Source: an uncultured delta proteobacterium
GTDB lineage: Bacteria > Myxococcota > Kuafuiibacteriia > Kuafuiibacteriales > Kuafuiibacteriaceae
Direction of reading: 5' to 3'
Length of the DNA stretch: 64,000 nucleotides
Assembly (NCBI GenBank): GCA_963803435.1
Contig: CAWDML010000009.1
Span: 672,001 to 736,000, forward strand
The notes beneath the pieces are model-generated. The model was not told the origin of the DNA and ran no database searches. It worked only from the letters and a program-made list of their open reading frames with translations. This document shows positions 52,141-62,228 of this stretch, piece after piece (position 1 is the first letter of the stretch; every line of letters starts with the position of its first letter). The position numbers were made by a program, and so were the translations under genes.

Positions 52141-53997
52141 ATGGGTCGGGAGATGGAGGAGTGGTTGGAGGCCGACGGGCTCGGCGGGTACGCGTCGGGC
52201 ACCGTGTCGGGCGTGCGCACGCGGCGCTATCACGCACTCTTGTGCGCGGCCGTGGCGCCGCCCGCCCGGAGGATGGTGCTGGTCTCCGGGCTCGACGCGT
52301 TCGTGCATACGGCGGCCGGACGGTTCGCGGTGAGCGCGCAGCGCTATGTCGGCGACGTCGTGCATCCCGACGGCGATCGCCGGATCATCGCATTCAGCGG
52401 GGAGCCCTGGCCGACCTGGACGTTCCGGCTGGAGGACGGGACCGAGCTGGTGCAGGAGCTGTTCAGCGTCCGCGGCGCGCCGGAGACGGTGGTGCGCTTC
52501 GCGCGGGTCGCGGGTCGGGGGCCGTGCCGCCTCGAGCTGCGGCTGTTCCTCGCAGGGCGCGACCATCACGCGACCCACCACGAGAACCCGGTCTTCTCGT
52601 TAACGGCCGAGCCCAGGGGCGGTGCCCAGGTCTTCGCGCCCTATCCGGGCGTCCCGGCCCTCGCGGTCGCCACCCACGGCGCGTACCACCCGGACCCCTG
52701 CTGGTATCGCAGCTTCTACTACACAGAGGAGGCCGCGCGCGGGCTGGAGGCGGTCGAGGATCTGGCGTCACCCGGCGTGTTCACGTTCGACCTCGACACG
52801 CGCGACGCGACCCTCACCCTCCGCGCCGGTGACCCGCCGCCGGTCGAGGCGAACGCGCGGCGCCTCGCGGAGCGGGCCCGGCGCGGTCGCCTCTCCGCGA
52901 TCGAGCGCGCGGCGGAGAGCTACTGGGTGCGGCGCGGCCAAGGCTCCACGATCATCGCCGGCTACCCGTGGTTCACCGACTGGGGCCGCGACACCTGCAT
53001 CGCGCTGCGCGGGCTCTCCTCGCGCGCCGGGGGGCGCGCCGCGGCCCTCGAGATGCTCGAGGAGTGGGCGGGGTGCGTCTCCGAGGGGATGCTGCCGAAC
53101 CGCTTCCCCGACGAGGGGGGCGTCCCGGAGTACACCTCGGTCGACGCGTCGCTCTGGTTCGTGATCGCGGCCCAGGGGCTTCGGTCACCTGCGATCGACG
53201 AGGCGACCCGTGCGATCGTCGCAGGCTACGCCTCCGGGACCCGCTTCGGGATCCGCATGGACGACGACGGTCTGTTGTTCGCCGGCCGCCGCGGCCTGCA
53301 GCTGACCTGGATGGACGCGAAGGTCGGCGACCGGGTGGTCACGCCGCGCCGCGGCAAGCCGGTCGAGGTCCAGGCGCTCTGGATCAACGCGCTCGAGCTC
53401 GCAGCCGAGCTGGATCGGAGTCTTCTCGCGATCGCCGAGAGGGCGCGCGCCGCCTTCGCCAGGCGCTTCTGGAACGCAGCGCGCGGCTGCCTCTACGACG
53501 TTGTCGACGTCGACTTCGAGCGCGGCCAGACCGACGGAGCGCTGCGCCCGAACCAGATCTACGCGGTGGGCGGCCTGCCTCGACCCGTCCTCGCCGGCGC
53601 GAAGGCGCGGGCGGTGGTGGACGTCGTCGAGTCCGAGCTCCTGACGCCGCACGGGCTCCGTTCGCTCGCACCCGGCGAGCCGGGCTATCGGTCGCGCTAC
53701 CAGGGCGGAGTGCTGGAGCGGGACACCGCGTACCATCAGGGCACCGTGTGGCCGTTTCTGATCGGGCCGTTCGTCGAGGCCTGGCTCCGCGTCCACGGTG
53801 ATACGCACGGCAACCGGTCGCTCGCCCGCGCGCGGTTCCTCGCTCCGCTGCTGGCGCACCTCGAGCACGCCGGGCTCGGGCACGTCTTCGAGATCGCGGA
53901 CGGCGACGCGCCGCATCGACCGCGGGGCTGTCCGTTCCAGGCCTGGTCCCTGGGTGAGCTCTTGCGCGCGCTGGATCTGACCGCAAGGCGACGATAG
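52141..53997 (+). CDS. Amylo-alpha-1,6-glucosidase (glycogen debranching enzyme, archaeal type)
   Basis: EWLEADGLGGYASGT, IAGYPWFTDWGRDT, TWMDAK, RPNQ, YHQGTVWP, GCPFQAWS. Confidence 0.93.
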   Translation: MGREMEEWLEADGLGGYASGTVSGVRTRRYHALLCAAVAPPARRMVLVSGLDAFVHTAAGRFAVSAQRYVGDVVHPDGDRRIIAFSGEPWPTWTFRLEDGTELVQELFSVRGAPETVVRFARVAGRGPCRLELRLFLAGRDHHATHHENPVFSLTAEPRGGAQVFAPYPGVPALAVATHGAYHPDPCWYRSFYYTEEAARGLEAVEDLASPGVFTFDLDTRDATLTLRAGDPPPVEANARRLAERARRGRLSAIERAAESYWVRRGQGSTIIAGYPWFTDWGRDTCIALRGLSSRAGGRAAALEMLEEWAGCVSEGMLPNRFPDEGGVPEYTSVDASLWFVIAAQGLRSPAIDEATRAIVAGYASGTRFGIRMDDDGLLFAGRRGLQLTWMDAKVGDRVVTPRRGKPVEVQALWINALELAAELDRSLLAIAERARAAFARRFWNAARGCLYDVVDVDFERGQTDGALRPNQIYAVGGLPRPVLAGAKARAVVDVVESELLTPHGLRSLAPGEPGYRSRYQGGVLERDTAYHQGTVWPFLIGPFVEAWLRVHGDTHGNRSLARARFLAPLLAHLEHAGLGHVFEIADGDAPHRPRGCPFQAWSLGELLRALDLTARRR

Positions 53998-54043
53998 GTC
54001 GCCGATGGCGGCCAGGGGCTGTCGGCGGTCGATCCTGGTCCGC

Positions 54044-55978
54044 TCAGACGTCCAGCTCTTCCAGCCGGGTCGCCGCCGCGCGCTCCATGATGAACTGGAA
54101 CCGCGGCGCCGGGTCCTTACCCATCAGCGTCTGGATCGTCTCGTTGCTCTTTCGATCGAGCACCACGCGCAGCGCACGCCGGCGCTTCGGGTCGAGCGTC
54201 GTCGTCTTCAGATCCTCCGCGTCCATCTCGCCGAGCCCCTTGAAACGGCTGATCTTCGGCTTCACGTTCTTGGGGAGCTCCTTGAGGATCTTCTCGCGTT
54301 CGCGCTCGTCGCGGGCCCAGAGTGTGTCCTTGGCAGCGTCGATCCGAAACAGCGGCGGCTGCGACAGATAGACATGCCCAGACTTCACCAGCTCGGGCAT
54401 GTGCTGGAGGAAGAACGTCAACAGCAGCGTGGCGATGTGGTTACCATCGTAGTCCGCGTCCATCAGAAGAAAGATGCGCTCGTAGCGCAGCTTGCTCAGG
54501 TCGAACTTGGGTCCGATCCCGCAGCCCAGCGCCGAGACGATCGCGCCGATCTCCTTGTTGTCGAGCACCTTCGAGAGGCTCGCCTGGATGGTGTTGAGCA
54601 CCTTACCCCGGAGCGGGAGGATCGCCTGCGTCTTGCGATCGCGGCCCATCTTGGCCGAGCCGCCGGCGGAGTCGCCCTCGACGATGAAGAGCTCCGAGTT
54701 GGCCGGGTTGGTGCTCGAGCAGTCGGCGAGCTTCCCGGGGAGGTTCAGCCGGTGCGAGACCGCGCTCTTGCGCTGGACCTGCTGGGCGGCGACGCGCGAG
54801 GCCTCGCGGGCGCGCGAGGCCAGCTCGATCCGATCGCAGATGCGATCGGCGACGGTGCCGTTGTTGAGCAGCCAGTGCTCGAGCGCGGGGCGGACGATGT
54901 TCTCCACCAGGCCGAGCGCCTCTGGGTTGTTGAGGCGCCCCTTGGTCTGTCCCTGGAACTGCGGCTCGCGGATGTAGAGCGACAGCACGCCCACCAGGCC
55001 CTCGCGGATGTCCTCGGCCGAGATGGTGAGCCCCTTCGGAACCTTCTTGTGCGCCGTCTGGTAGGCGCGCACCGCCTTCACGATCGCCTGCTTGAGGCCG
55101 TTCTCGTGGGAGCCGCCGTCGGCGGTGCGGACGCCGTTGGCGAAGCTGTAGATGATCTCGGTGGTGGCGTCGGTCCAGCCCAGGATGAGCTGGAGCCGCG
55201 GATACTCGGTGTTCTCGAAGAGGAAGTAGCCGGAGTGGATCAGGCTCTTCTTGTTCGCCTCGATGATGCGCGGCAGGTACTCCTCGAGGCCCTTGGGGTG
55301 GTGGAAGGTGAGCTCCTCACCCTCGCGCGGATCCTCGTACGTGATGGTGACCTGCGGGTGCAGGAAGGCCTTCGAGTCCAGGACCTCCTTGACGCGCTTC
55401 GGATCGAACCGCGCGGTCATCCCGAACACGGCCGGATCGGGCCGGAAGTGCGTCTTGGTACCGTGCTTGCGGGTCGCCTTGCCCTTCTTCAGCTTGGAGG
55501 CGGTCTTCCCCATCTTGAACGACTGGGTCCACTCGTGGCCATCGCGCTGGATCCAGAGCGTCATCTCCTCCGAGAGCGCGTTCACCACCGAAGAGCCGAC
55601 GCCGTGGAGGCCGCCGGAGACGTCGTACGTCTCGGAGTCGAACTTGGCGCCGGAGTGGAGCGTGGTCAGGATCAGCTCCACGGCCGGCTTCTTGTACTTC
55701 TTCATCATCGCGACGGGGATGCCCCGGCCGTCGTCTCCGATGGTGACGCCGCGGTAGTCCTCGTCGAGCTCCACGCTGATGTTGCTCGCGTGGCCGTTGA
55801 TCACCTCGTCGATCGAGTTGTCGAGAATCTCGCGCAGGAGGTGGTGATAGCCATGGACGTCGGTACCGCCGATGTACATGCCGGGGCGCATCCGCACCGG
55901 CTCGAGGCCCTCGAGGACCTTGATCTGCTCCGCGCCGTAACGACCGTTCTTCTTGTTACCGTTCTTCGCCATGGTCAT
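54044..55978 (-). CDS. parE: Type IIA topoisomerase subunit B (ParE/GyrB family, topo IV-like)
   Basis: EGLEPVRMRPGMYIG, SGGLHGVGSS, VEGDSAGGS, PLRGK, DADYDG, RFKGLGEM. Confidence 0.85.
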   Translation of the reverse strand: MTMAKNGNKKNGRYGAEQIKVLEGLEPVRMRPGMYIGGTDVHGYHHLLREILDNSIDEVINGHASNISVELDEDYRGVTIGDDGRGIPVAMMKKYKKPAVELILTTLHSGAKFDSETYDVSGGLHGVGSSVVNALSEEMTLWIQRDGHEWTQSFKMGKTASKLKKGKATRKHGTKTHFRPDPAVFGMTARFDPKRVKEVLDSKAFLHPQVTITYEDPREGEELTFHHPKGLEEYLPRIIEANKKSLIHSGYFLFENTEYPRLQLILGWTDATTEIIYSFANGVRTADGGSHENGLKQAIVKAVRAYQTAHKKVPKGLTISAEDIREGLVGVLSLYIREPQFQGQTKGRLNNPEALGLVENIVRPALEHWLLNNGTVADRICDRIELASRAREASRVAAQQVQRKSAVSHRLNLPGKLADCSSTNPANSELFIVEGDSAGGSAKMGRDRKTQAILPLRGKVLNTIQASLSKVLDNKEIGAIVSALGCGIGPKFDLSKLRYERIFLLMDADYDGNHIATLLLTFFLQHMPELVKSGHVYLSQPPLFRIDAAKDTLWARDEREREKILKELPKNVKPKISRFKGLGEMDAEDLKTTTLDPKRRRALRVVLDRKSNETIQTLMGKDPAPRFQFIMERAAATRLEELDV

Positions 55979-58283
55979 TCACCCACCTGCGGCACGTCCG
56001 GGAGCTGAAATTCGACCTCGGTGAACTTGGAGCGCTTCACCAGTGCGCGTCCTCGGGCGCCGCGGGTCGACTCGAGCGCCTCCGCGAACAGCTCGAAGCG
56101 CCGCCCGCCGTCGGTGAAGACCACCACGGATCCGACCCGCGGCGACGGCACCGGCTTCGCCGCCAGGAGCGAGGCGTCCTTTGCCAGCTTGATCAACATC
56201 GTCCCCCGACCTGCGCCCGAGAGGAGCGCGATCTCCTCCATCCTCACCGCGATGCCGTGGCCGTCGTCGGACACGGCGATCACGAAGCGGAGGTCGTAGG
56301 TCGGGAACACCGTGAGGACCTCGTCTCCGTCCTTGAGGCGCGCGTACTTCCTCCCGCTGCGCGTCGACGGCTCCTTGTGCGGGAACAGCGAGAAGCGGAA
56401 GGCGTAGCCCTTCTTGGTCACCGCCACGGCGTAGGGCGGGGAGGGGAATCCGTCATCGAGGATCAGCTCCTCCTCCGGCATCTCGATCAGGCGCGGATCG
56501 AAGGAGCAGGCCCCCACGACCGTCTCGCCGTCGCCGAACTTGAACATCTTCTGGATCGGATCGCCGTAGCCCGTGGAGGCCGGCACCTCCGCGATCCGCG
56601 TGACGTAGCAGACCCCGTGATTGGAGAAGAACGCGATGGGCGCGCGCGTCGAATCCGGCCTGGACCGCCAGCACCCGGTCACCCTCCTTGGTGCGCGTGG
56701 TCGACAGAATCCTTCACCTTGCCCTGCCGCTTGACCCAGCCGCGGGCGCTGACGATCACGATCGCGTCCTCGTCGACGATGAAGTCCTCCGCCGAGAACT
56801 CCGCCTCCTCGGCCACCGCGATCTTGGTCCGCCGCTTGTCCGCGTACTCCTTCTTGAGCTCGAGCAGCTCGCTCTTCACCAGCGCCCAGAGCTTCGCGTC
56901 GCTCCGGAGGAGCGCCTTGATCCGCTTGGCCTCGGTCCGCTTCTTGTCGGCCTCCTCGCGGATGATCAGGATCTCCAGCCTGGCCAGGCGATAGAGCTTG
57001 AGCTCCAGGATGGCGTCGGTCTGGATCTCGTCGAGGCCGAAGCGCTTCATGATCTTCTGCGCCGCGTCCGCCTTGCCCTCGCTCCTGCGGATGATCTTCA
57101 GGATCTCGTCGAGGGCGTCGAAGACCTTCTCGAACCCTTCCAGGATGTGCAGGCGCTTCTCGAGCTGATCGAGATCGAACTGCAGCCGCTTCTTGACCGT
57201 GTCGAAGCGGAAGTCGAGGAAGTGCACGAGCATCTGCTTGAGATCGAGCCGCTGCGGGGTGGGCACCTCCGGGTTGTCGCTCGGCACCAGGCAGGTCAGG
57301 TTCACCTGCACGTTGCTCTGGAAGGGCGTGTTCTTGGCGAGGTACGCCATGATGAGGTCCGGGTTCGCCGTCTTCTTCATCTCGAGCACGACGCGGACCT
57401 CCTGCGTCGACTCGTCGCGGACGTCGACCAGCGGCGGCAGCTTCCGGCCGACGATGATCTCCGCGATCTTCTCCACCAGCGTGCGCTTCTCCAGCCCGTA
57501 CGGGATCGAGGTGATGACGATCTGCTCCGGTTTCTTGGGATCGATCGTCCACTCGCCGCGGACCTTCACGGTGCCCTGGCCGCTCTCGTAGATGCGGCGT
57601 AGCTCGTCCTTGGGGGTGATGATCTCGCCGCCAGTGGGGAAGTCGGGGCCCTTCACCTTGGCCATCAGCTTCGCGACCGGGGTCTTCCGGTTGTCGATCA
57701 GCAGATCGAGAGCGTCGATCACCTCGCCGAGGTTGTGGGGCGGGATGCTGGTCGCCATCCCGACCGCGATGCCCTGGGCGCCGTTCACCAGCAGATTGGG
57801 GAAGCGGGACGGGAGGACGATCGGCTCGGTCGTCTCGGCGTCGAAGGTCGGACGGAAGAGGACGGTCTTCTGGGAGAGCTCGGTCAGGAGCTCCATCGCG
57901 ATCTTCTGGAGCCGCGCTTCCGTGTACCGGTAGGCGGCGGCCTCGTCGCCGTCCTGCGAGCCGAAGTTGCCCTGGCCGAGGACCAGCGGCATCCGCATGA
58001 CCCACTCGCGGGCCAGCCGCACCAGCGCGTCGTAGATCGCGGTGTCCCCGTGCGGGTGGTACTTGCCGATGACGTCGCCGACGATGCGCGCGCATTTCAC
58101 GGGTTTTCCGTCCGGCCGGAGGTGGAGCTCGTGGTACATCGCGTAGAGGATCCGGCGCTGCACCGGTTTCAGGCCGTCCCGAACGTCGGGCAGGGCCCGG
58201 CTGGTGATGACCGAGAGCGCGTAGTTCAGGTACAGCCGCTTGGTCTCGTCGCTGAGGGCAACATCCTGGATCTGAGGGTCCAT
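55975..58283 (-). CDS. parC: Type IIA topoisomerase subunit A (ParC/GyrA family); apparent frameshifts at 56707-56711 and 56651-56655
   Basis: [30 protein letters not shown]-terminal domain restored as [33 protein letters not shown] by two GAATC to GATC changes; no GyrA-box seen. Confidence 0.85.
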
Positions 58284-58481
58284 TTGTTCAGCGGTCGTTT
58301 ATCGGCCCGGAGGATCGCCGTCAATTGCTCTCCCCGCCCGGAAGTCCGGCTGGCGGGTCTAACCGTCGAGGGGAGCAGGGCAGGCGTGTCAGCTTCCTGT
58401 CCGGCCGACGTGAGATCTGGAACATACCGAGAACGTTCGGTTCTTGCTTATGCTGGGCGGACCGTGCGGATGTTGTCGCTG

Positions 58482-60383
58482 ATGCGGGCGGCCCTCGGCT
58501 TCATCGTCGCCGCGCTGGCCGCGCCCGACGCGCTCGCGCACGACATCCAGATCCCGCTCTCGGAGCTCCGCTACGGGGTTCAGCGCATCGACGATGTCCT
58601 CTTCCTCTACCGGACGCAGCCGCCGATCCCGCCGCTTCCGGAGACGCCGGCCGATCAGCGCCGCGTGCTGGGCGCCGCCGAGATCGAGCTGGCGCTCGGC
58701 AACACGCGCGTGGCGCTCCAGCTCTTGATGGGCCGCCTGGCCGACGCCCGCTTCCAGGCCTTGCCCGAGTACGTGGCCACGCTCCTGATGACGTCGCAGA
58801 TCCTCGAGGACCAGGACGAGCACGCCGGCGCGATGCACTACGCCGAGCTGGCCCTCCGCCAGGGAGGAACGCCGGAGCAGATGGCCGAGGCAGGCGCTCG
58901 GTGGTTCCGGATCGCGCGCCGCAGCCAGCGGCTCGATCGCCGGCTCGAGATCTACGAGCTGTGGAAGGAGCGCGGGGGGGAGGCGGCGGCCGGATCGGAG
59001 ATCGCATCGTCCGTCCGGTACGAGGCCGCGTTCGCGCTGCGGGCGGACAATCGCCTGGCCGAGGCCCGCCAGCTCCTGGCGCGCGTGCCCTCGGACAGCG
59101 CCTACGGCTCGCGGGCGGCCTACCTCGCCGGCGTCATCTTCGTGGAGCAGGGCGACCTCGAGAACGCCGAGCGCTGGTTCGCAGCCGTGATGGATTGGGC
59201 GGTGACCGCGGATCCGCGGGACCGGCCGCAGACCGCGATCGAGAAGGACGTCCGCGAGCTGGCCGCGCTCTCGGCGGGACGCCTCCGCTACGAGCGCGGC
59301 GATCTCGAGGCCGCCGCCCAGGCGTATCAGCGGATCGGCGAGGGCTCGGTCCACCAGGAGGAGGCCTGCTGGGAGCGGGCCTATCTCGACCTGGAGCTGC
59401 GCAAGCGGCGGGGTGCGCTCAAGAACGTCCAGTGCGTGATGGATCTGGGCGCGCGGGGCGCCCGCTTCGTCGACGCCAAGCTGTTCCGGGCCTCGCTCCT
59501 GGCGCACCTGTCGCGCTACGCCGACTCCATCGAGTCGTATCGGCTCCTCCACCGGGAGATGGAGCTCGAGCGCGACCTCTTCGCGAAGGCCACCAAGAGT
59601 ATCGACCAGCCCGCCCAGCTCCTGTTCAGCGCGATGGAGCGCAACGCGATGGACCTCGAGCGGGATGCCTCTCCTGGACCCGCCACGCTGTTCGCCGACG
59701 CCTGGAACACCGACGTCGATCATGCGTACCGGGTCGATCGCGGGATCGATCACGCCGAGGCCGACCTCGGGCAGATCCTGGGCGAGATCAGGACGCTCAC
59801 CACGGCGCTGCAGCAGGACACCGCGTTCGTGGGGCTCGACCTGCGGCGGCAACAGCTCAAGCGGCTGCTCCAAGAGATCCACCACCTGCAAGGCCACGCC
59901 GAGGGGCTCCAGATCGCGACCGAGCCCCGGCACGCGTCCACGCGCCTGGTGCTGGCGGCCCACGATCACACGAAGGACGCCCGCGAGCTCGAGAGCCTGG
60001 TGGACAAGCTCACCACCCAGGAGAAGCAGGTCGAGGCCGACCTGGTGCGCCTCGATCAGATCGAGACCCAGCGGCGCTCGGCCGCGCTCCGCATGCTGGG
60101 TGAGCTCGAGACCGAGCTCAACGGGATCGCTCGCGACGCAGACGCGCTCGAGCAGGAGGCGGGCGGGACCTCCAACATCGTGGCCGAGAAGGCGATCGCC
60201 GACGTGCAGCAGTCACTCCAGGACGCGGCGATGCGGGCCGAGGTTGGTGTCCTCGACACCTACTGGCTGAAGAAACAGCACCGCACGGAGGCGATCGAAA
60301 ACCTGATGCAGCTCCAGAAGGAGACCGAGCAGCAGGTGATCGATGCGATGGACGAGCTGTCGAAGGAAGAAGACGCCGACTAG
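58482..60383 (+). CDS. Secreted TPR/coiled-coil protein
   Basis: Signal peptide (..PDALA), TPR-like helices, C-terminal coiled coil; TAG stop lies in the CTAG at 60380. Confidence 0.8.
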   Translation: MRAALGFIVAALAAPDALAHDIQIPLSELRYGVQRIDDVLFLYRTQPPIPPLPETPADQRRVLGAAEIELALGNTRVALQLLMGRLADARFQALPEYVATLLMTSQILEDQDEHAGAMHYAELALRQGGTPEQMAEAGARWFRIARRSQRLDRRLEIYELWKERGGEAAAGSEIASSVRYEAAFALRADNRLAEARQLLARVPSDSAYGSRAAYLAGVIFVEQGDLENAERWFAAVMDWAVTADPRDRPQTAIEKDVRELAALSAGRLRYERGDLEAAAQAYQRIGEGSVHQEEACWERAYLDLELRKRRGALKNVQCVMDLGARGARFVDAKLFRASLLAHLSRYADSIESYRLLHREMELERDLFAKATKSIDQPAQLLFSAMERNAMDLERDASPGPATLFADAWNTDVDHAYRVDRGIDHAEADLGQILGEIRTLTTALQQDTAFVGLDLRRQQLKRLLQEIHHLQGHAEGLQIATEPRHASTRLVLAAHDHTKDARELESLVDKLTTQEKQVEADLVRLDQIETQRRSAALRMLGELETELNGIARDADALEQEAGGTSNIVAEKAIADVQQSLQDAAMRAEVGVLDTYWLKKQHRTEAIENLMQLQKETEQQVIDAMDELSKEEDAD

Positions 60384-60448
60384 GAGCGTGTAGCGCGTAG
60401 CGCTACCGCGAGCCCGGTCCGGGTCCCGGTCCCGGTCCCGGTCCCGAT
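60380..60448 (+). repeat. Left inverted repeat: hairpin plus six (CCCGGT)-type hexamers (60413-60448)
   Basis: GTAGCGC-GTA-GCGCTAC hairpin, then CCCGGT CCGGGT CCCGGT CCCGGT CCCGGT CCCGAT. Confidence 0.9.
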
Positions 60449-60453
60449 GGCGA

Positions 60454-60821
60454 TCATGCAGCCCGGCGTGCGTTCATCGACTTGATGAGGCGCGTGAGCA
60501 TCTCGACAACGCGCTTGAGCTTGGCTCTGGCGGCTTGGAGCTTCTGCTCGTTGGCGAGTCGGCGCCTCAAGCAGGTGTGGAGTGAGGCGGCGCTTTCGGT
60601 GCCAGAGCGAAGTGCCATCCGGTAGAGCGAGCCTTCTCAGGTGGATTGAACTCTCCGGCGCCCTCGGCGGTGTTGTTCACGATGGAATCGGATGCCCGCC
60701 GAAGCTGATCGCGGACGTGAGCGTGACCGGGTTGCAGTTCTTGTGCGATCTCTTCAGCGATGTCGGCATACTCGACGGCGAGCTGGTAGACCTCGAGCTT
60801 CTCGTGATCGAAAGTGACCAT
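60454..60821 (-). pseudogene. Four-helix-bundle protein (23S rRNA IVP / TIGR02436 family) with a 1-nt deletion near 60626
   Basis: FDHEKLEVYQLA..DQLRRASDSIVNNTAEGAG..EKAR(F)YRMALRSGTE..VVEMLTRLIK; the last part is in a shifted frame. Confidence 0.85.
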
Positions 60822-60936
60822 GCAAGCTAGCTTGCGGTAGCTCGTCCGCTTTGACCGGCAGAAGTTCTTGGAGGTCGTTTCGTCTGGAATCGATCGATCG
60901 TTGGGCGGATCGACTTCGACGCCTGGCCATGGTTTC

Positions 60937-62132
60937 GTGGCGAAGCAATACCGTTCTTGGACTCCGAGAAGGACCCGCGAGGCGAGCGACCGTACTCGCC
61001 TCGAATGATGATCGCGCTGCTTCTGTACGCCTACTGCACCGGCATCTATTCGTCGCGGAGGATCGCGCGGGCGACCTACCAAGACATTCCATTCCGGGTG
61101 CTGGCTGGAGAAAGTCATCCCCACTTCACGACGATCAACGAGTTTCGGCTCGTCCACCTGGAGGCACTGAAAGCGCTCTTCCTCGAAGTCCTGAAGCTTT
61201 GCCAAAAAGCAGGTTTGGTGCGGCTCGGACACGTCGCACTCGATGGCTCGAAGGTGCAGGCGAACGCGAGCAAGCACAAGGCGATGACCTACGAGCGGAT
61301 GGCCGAGGAGGAGAAGCGGCAGTCTCTCGAGATCGAAGAACTGCTGGAGCGAGCGCGCACGATCGACCAAGAGGAAGACGAGCGGCTGGGCGTTGAAGAG
61401 ACTGAAGAGGACATCCCAGCGGAGCTCGCACGCCGTGAATCCCGCCTTGCCCGCATTCGAGAAGCGAAGGCTGCGCTGGAACAGGATGCCGCCAGGGCTC
61501 GCGCGGAGAAATTGCGCAGGCAAGCCGAAGAGCAGCAGAGCAAAGCGGATGATGCTCTTGTGGATCGGGTGGAGCAGAAGCGAGCGAGAACTCGAGCCGA
61601 GAAGGCAAGAGCGCAGGCTGACCAGCTCGAACCATCCCCAGACCCAACTGAACGAAATGAGGGATGGCCGCATCATCGCGTTCCTGCAAATGTGGACGGC
61701 ACACCGAGGCCCAACGCTCAGAGGAACTTCACCGACTCAGACAGCAGGATCATGTTGAAGGAGGGAGCGTACCTCCAGGCCTACAATGCCCAAGTTGTCG
61801 TAGATGAGCACGCTCAGGTGATTGTCGCCGAAGGGGTCAGCAACCAGGCACCTGATCAGCAACACCTCGTCCCGATGCTCCAGCCCACACCTGCCTCGCT
61901 CGCTCGCAAGCGAATGCGAGACAAGTTGCAAACGCGCGACGGCAAGGCGGTCTACGCCCGCAGGAAGAGTATCGTCGAACCGGCGCTCGGACAGATCAAA
62001 GGGGCACGAGGATTCCGCCGGTTCTCGCTACGCTCCTTCTTCAAGGTACGAGCCGAGTGGACGCTCGTCTGCCTCACCCACAACCTGCTCAAGCTCTACC
62101 GATCGAAGCTCGCGACCGTCGCGAGCGTCTGA
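60937..62132 (+). pseudogene. IS1182-family transposase with apparent internal deletions
   Basis: PYSPRMMIALLLYAYCTGIYSSRRI, LDGSKVQANAS, TDSDSRIM, YARRKSIVEP; VAKQYRSWTP start is out of frame and no ADxGY segment is seen. Confidence 0.85.
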
Positions 62133-62152
62133 CTCAAGGCAGCCATCTTCAG

Positions 62153-62228
62153 ATCGGGACCCGGACCGGGACCGGGACCGGGACCGGGACCGGGGTCGCG
62201 TGAGCGCTTACGCGCTACACGCTCCTAG
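62153..62228 (-). repeat. Right inverted repeat: seven (ACCGGG)-type hexamers (62153-62194) plus hairpin
   Basis: ATCGGG ACCCGG (ACCGGG)x5 GTCGCGTGAGCGCTTACGCGCTACACGCTCCTAG. Confidence 0.9.

Larger units (their letters stand above)
60380..62228. mobile_element. CTAG-bounded element with ~70-bp terminal inverted repeats, carrying a four-helix-bundle gene and a decayed IS1182-family transposase
   Basis: Left end CTAGGAGCGTGTAGCGCGTA..., right end ...TACGCGCTACACGCTCCTAG; interior visibly lower in GC. Confidence 0.8.

Noticed and set aside
56651-56711. Programmed ribosomal frameshifting or true pseudogenisation of the topoisomerase A subunit, helicase and CAP genes
   Set aside because: No slippery heptamers, and the same GATC-linked insertion recurs in unrelated genes, so a systematic sequencing error is more parsimonious.
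60454-60821. Diversity-generating retroelement suggested by the Avd-like four-helix-bundle gene
   Set aside because: No reverse transcriptase and no template/variable repeat pair seen in the window.
60413-62194. Hexamer arrays as a CRISPR array
   Set aside because: Units are 6 bp with no spacers, and no cas genes are present.
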